Below, piece by piece: positions 38,795-41,341 of a stretch of 41,341 bases of DNA (positions are counted from its first letter, which is position 1; each line of letters opens with the position of its first letter). The notes below the pieces were generated by a model. That model saw only the letters and a list, made by a program, of their open reading frames with translations. It was not told the DNA's origin and ran no database searches. Position numbers and translations under genes: made by a program. The DNA is from Candidatus Kaiserbacteria bacterium (GTDB lineage: Bacteria; Patescibacteriota; Minisyncoccia; Phycocordibacterales; UBA12088): positions 1-41,341 of the forward strand of contig SKIN01000038.1 of assembly GCA_007116405.1 (NCBI GenBank), written 5' to 3'.

Positions 38795-40152
38795 AGACGA
38801 TTCACATACTCGATGAAACGGTCATTGCGTTCGTACTCATTTGCAAACATACCGAAGCTGGCAAATGCCGGTGAGAAGAGAATGCAGTCACCGGGCTGTG
38901 CAAGGTCGAGGGCAGTCGTGACCGCGTCTTCAAGTGTGTCCGCGCGATGAAAATGTTCTTGACCTCCTTCCCGCACCAACAGCTCGGTCCCCGTCCCGGG
39001 CAGGAGCACGCACGCACGTGCATGGGCTCGAACGCCGTCGAGCAGTGGCGCGACGGGAATATCCTTTTCCGCCCCGCCCGCTATCAAAACAACGCACTTC
39101 TTGTTCTCAGGGTCGAGTGCTGAAAGTGCTGCGGCGGCCGCGTCGGGAGTCGTCGCATTGTTGTCATTGTATATGGTCACCTCTCCCACCGTACGAACGG
39201 GCTCAAGGCGCCCGGGCAGTGGCGTGATGCTCGAGACACCGGAGCGGATCGCGGCATCGTCGACACCCAGTTCCCGCGCAACGGCAATGGCGATACCCAC
39301 GTTGTAGCGGTTGTGCGCTCCGAGGAGCGGCACAGACCACGCGGGGGGTACGTCGTCCGCGTCAGCAACAACAATTCGGGCTCGTATCCTCTGTCGATAC
39401 GGTTCAAGCAGTGTAAGGATGTCTCGTCCGACAACAAGAATGTCACCTTCCTTCTGGTGCAAGAATATCTGCGCTTTGTCTTCAAAGTAACGCTCCATGT
39501 CACCTTTGTAGTAGTTCATATGGTCGCGCATGAACGTAGTGAACACGGCAATACGGGGGGAATGCGGGCCTTGACGGACTCCCTCCGCGTCGAGTGATCG
39601 CTCTTCGCCAAACCCCTGCAGCTGCCATGAGTCGAGCTCGAACACTGCGGTCGCATCCGGCGTGACCTCATCGAGAAGCGCGAGGTTGGAGACACCGCGC
39701 ACGTTGCCGCCAAGAAGGACGGTGCGGTCGTCGTGGCGAAGGAGGTGCGCCACCACGTGTGTGACGGTCGACTTGCCACGGGTACCGGTGATACCCACCA
39801 TGGGTATGTCTGCTATCCGCGCGAAAAGTGACGCGCTCATGTCGACAGGCACACCTTCATTTCGCGCATGAGCGATGTGTGGCGAGTCGAGCGGCACCCC
39901 GGCACCTTTCAGGACGAGTGACCTGTCGGCGAAGTCTGCGAGCTCATGCGCACCTAGGCGATAGGTGATGGAGGGATACGGGGCGAGTGCTTCGATGGAG
40001 GATGTAAGTGCTTCGCGCGGCTTCAGGTCCGTAACGATAAGCTCGGCCCCATGACGAGCGAGGAATGCGGCGTCACCAATACCCCTCCCCAGGAGACCGA
40101 GGCCCATCTGGGTGATACGCGCCCCTTTGAATATCGTTGTCGGATCTCGCAT
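38791..40152 (-). CDS. murD: UDP-MurNAc-L-Ala--D-glutamate ligase
   Basis: GLGLLG, GITGTRGKST, GGNV, ELDSWQL, DHMNYY, GRLE, FSPAFASF...RNDRF. Confidence 0.94.
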   Translation of the reverse strand: MRDPTTIFKGARITQMGLGLLGRGIGDAAFLARHGAELIVTDLKPREALTSSIEALAPYPSITYRLGAHELADFADRSLVLKGAGVPLDSPHIAHARNEGVPVDMSASLFARIADIPMVGITGTRGKSTVTHVVAHLLRHDDRTVLLGGNVRGVSNLALLDEVTPDATAVFELDSWQLQGFGEERSLDAEGVRQGPHSPRIAVFTTFMRDHMNYYKGDMERYFEDKAQIFLHQKEGDILVVGRDILTLLEPYRQRIRARIVVADADDVPPAWSVPLLGAHNRYNVGIAIAVARELGVDDAAIRSGVSSITPLPGRLEPVRTVGEVTIYNDNNATTPDAAAAALSALDPENKKCVVLIAGGAEKDIPVAPLLDGVRAHARACVLLPGTGTELLVREGGQEHFHRADTLEDAVTTALDLAQPGDCILFSPAFASFGMFANEYERNDRFIEYVNRL

Positions 40153-40185
40153 ACGTGTATAGTGGTAGCATACCAGAATCGTCTG

Positions 40186-40947
40186 CTACCGCACCTCGAT
40201 GTTGGGTTGTGTGATGCCGCAGTACTCCTGCACAAACTTCACGAACACGGGACTGTCTTCGGTGATGACAAAGCGAGTCGTGCCGCCACCTGCGTCTCTA
40301 AACCTCTGTGCGACGACGCCTGCAACTGAAAGTGCCGGGTCAACAATCACACATGTCGGTTGCACCTCCTTCACTACATCAGTAAATATCGTGCGAATGA
40401 GTGGAAAGTGAGTGCATCCAAGCAAGAGGTGCGTGTGGTCTTCTTTGAGTTCCGGAGCAAGGGCGTTGTGTACATACTCACGCATCGCGTCATCAGAGGC
40501 CCCTCCTTCGATGAGTGAGACGAGGTCCGGCAATGCGAGGCCGTCCGCCGATACACCAACCATGCGCAGACCATCTTGGTACGCATTGCTCTCTATGGTA
40601 GCGTGCGTGGCAACGACAAGCACTTTACCCTCCGTGCCACGAAGACCGGAGACGGTGGGGCCAACCATCTCAACAATATTTGCGTGTGGGAGGTCGAGTA
40701 TCTCGAACATTGGCAACACGATAGATACGGAGACACTATTGCACGCGCTCACTATCTCGGTCGCCCCTTCCCGGATGAGACGCTCGATGCCAAGGACAGT
40801 AAGGACTCCGAGCTCTTCTCTACTCTTGTTGCCGTATGGAGCGTTCTTGATGTCTCCAAAGTACACGATGTCCACATTCGGCATGCGCTCGCGCAGCACC
40901 CGCAACACCGTGAGACCCCCCGACCCGCTGTCAAATACTCCGATCAT
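40186..40947 (-). CDS. murI: Glutamate racemase
   Basis: IGVFDSGSGGLTV, PYGNKS, ACNS, LGCTHFP; start set at MIGVFDS. Confidence 0.94.
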   Translation of the reverse strand: MIGVFDSGSGGLTVLRVLRERMPNVDIVYFGDIKNAPYGNKSREELGVLTVLGIERLIREGATEIVSACNSVSVSIVLPMFEILDLPHANIVEMVGPTVSGLRGTEGKVLVVATHATIESNAYQDGLRMVGVSADGLALPDLVSLIEGGASDDAMREYVHNALAPELKEDHTHLLLGCTHFPLIRTIFTDVVKEVQPTCVIVDPALSVAGVVAQRFRDAGGGTTRFVITEDSPVFVKFVQEYCGITQPNIEVR

Positions 40948-40948
40948 A

Positions 40949-41341
40949 TCACCAGCTGCCTCCTCTCCCTCCGCCAAAGCCGCCACCGACCGACCCGCCT
41001 CCCGAGGAGCCGGATGAGCGCGGTGCCGCGGACGTAGCGATGTCAGTGCTGAGGACCCTCACGTCGCGGGCAAACGACGTCGCCGATAATGCCGACCCGC
41101 CACCCGAGTACCAGTGTGGAGGTTGTGTGTACACGTCTTTGAATTGTTCGGCCCATGCCTGCTCTACGCCGAGCGCAACAGCGTACGGCAGAAACGCGTC
41201 GAATCGCTCGGGAGTACGCTCGGGAGCATTGTGGAATGCAAGGCGGTCCTTCTCTGCTAACACAAGGTATCGTTTGAATCCCTCAACGTGTTCCTTCGCG
41301 TGTACTCCTTCCCGTGTCTTAGCAGGCATGAACATGCCACC
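40949..41341 (-). CDS. DUF2207-family membrane protein, C-terminal part (5' end outside window)
   Basis: GFKRYL, LPYAVALGV..WA..F, PHWY, C-terminal SSGGGSVGGGFGGGRGGSW. Confidence 0.85.
   Translation of the reverse strand, partial: GGMFMPAKTREGVHAKEHVEGFKRYLVLAEKDRLAFHNAPERTPERFDAFLPYAVALGVEQAWAEQFKDVYTQPPHWYSGGGSALSATSFARDVRVLSTDIATSAAPRSSGSSGGGSVGGGFGGGRGGSW

Overview
Gene-dense bacterial chromosomal segment with nearly all genes on the minus strand; TGA is used as stop. Gene content (giant HTH-led surface protein, lamin-tail/PKD protein, solo AbrB, O-antigen-ligase/TPR protein, Cys-free SecA tail) suggests a Patescibacteria/CPR, probably Parcubacteria-like, genome; this is inference. Housekeeping genes include gatB, obgE, secA, murB/C/D, murI and rsmI, plus an alpha-glucan cluster (GT4-GH57-DUF5752-GH15). 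The main finding is an F-type ATPase operon at 2249-8404 in canonical c-b-delta-alpha-gamma-beta-epsilon order but with no subunit a. Its c-like subunit has lost the ion-binding carboxylate and is fused to a ~200-aa exported beta-domain, alpha has a degenerate P-loop, and epsilon lacks the inhibitory helices. The operon lies between two genes with related N-terminal HTH domains and membrane anchors, one a large fibre-like surface protein. This may be an ion-uncoupled, ATP-driven rotary machine acting on the cell surface. Other findings: an unannotated 52-aa histone-H1-like protein, frequent leaderless promoters, a DnaA-box-like motif at fixed distance from several promoters, and two mutually complementary structured RNAs upstream of murB. 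All calls come from reading the sequence; no database search was run.
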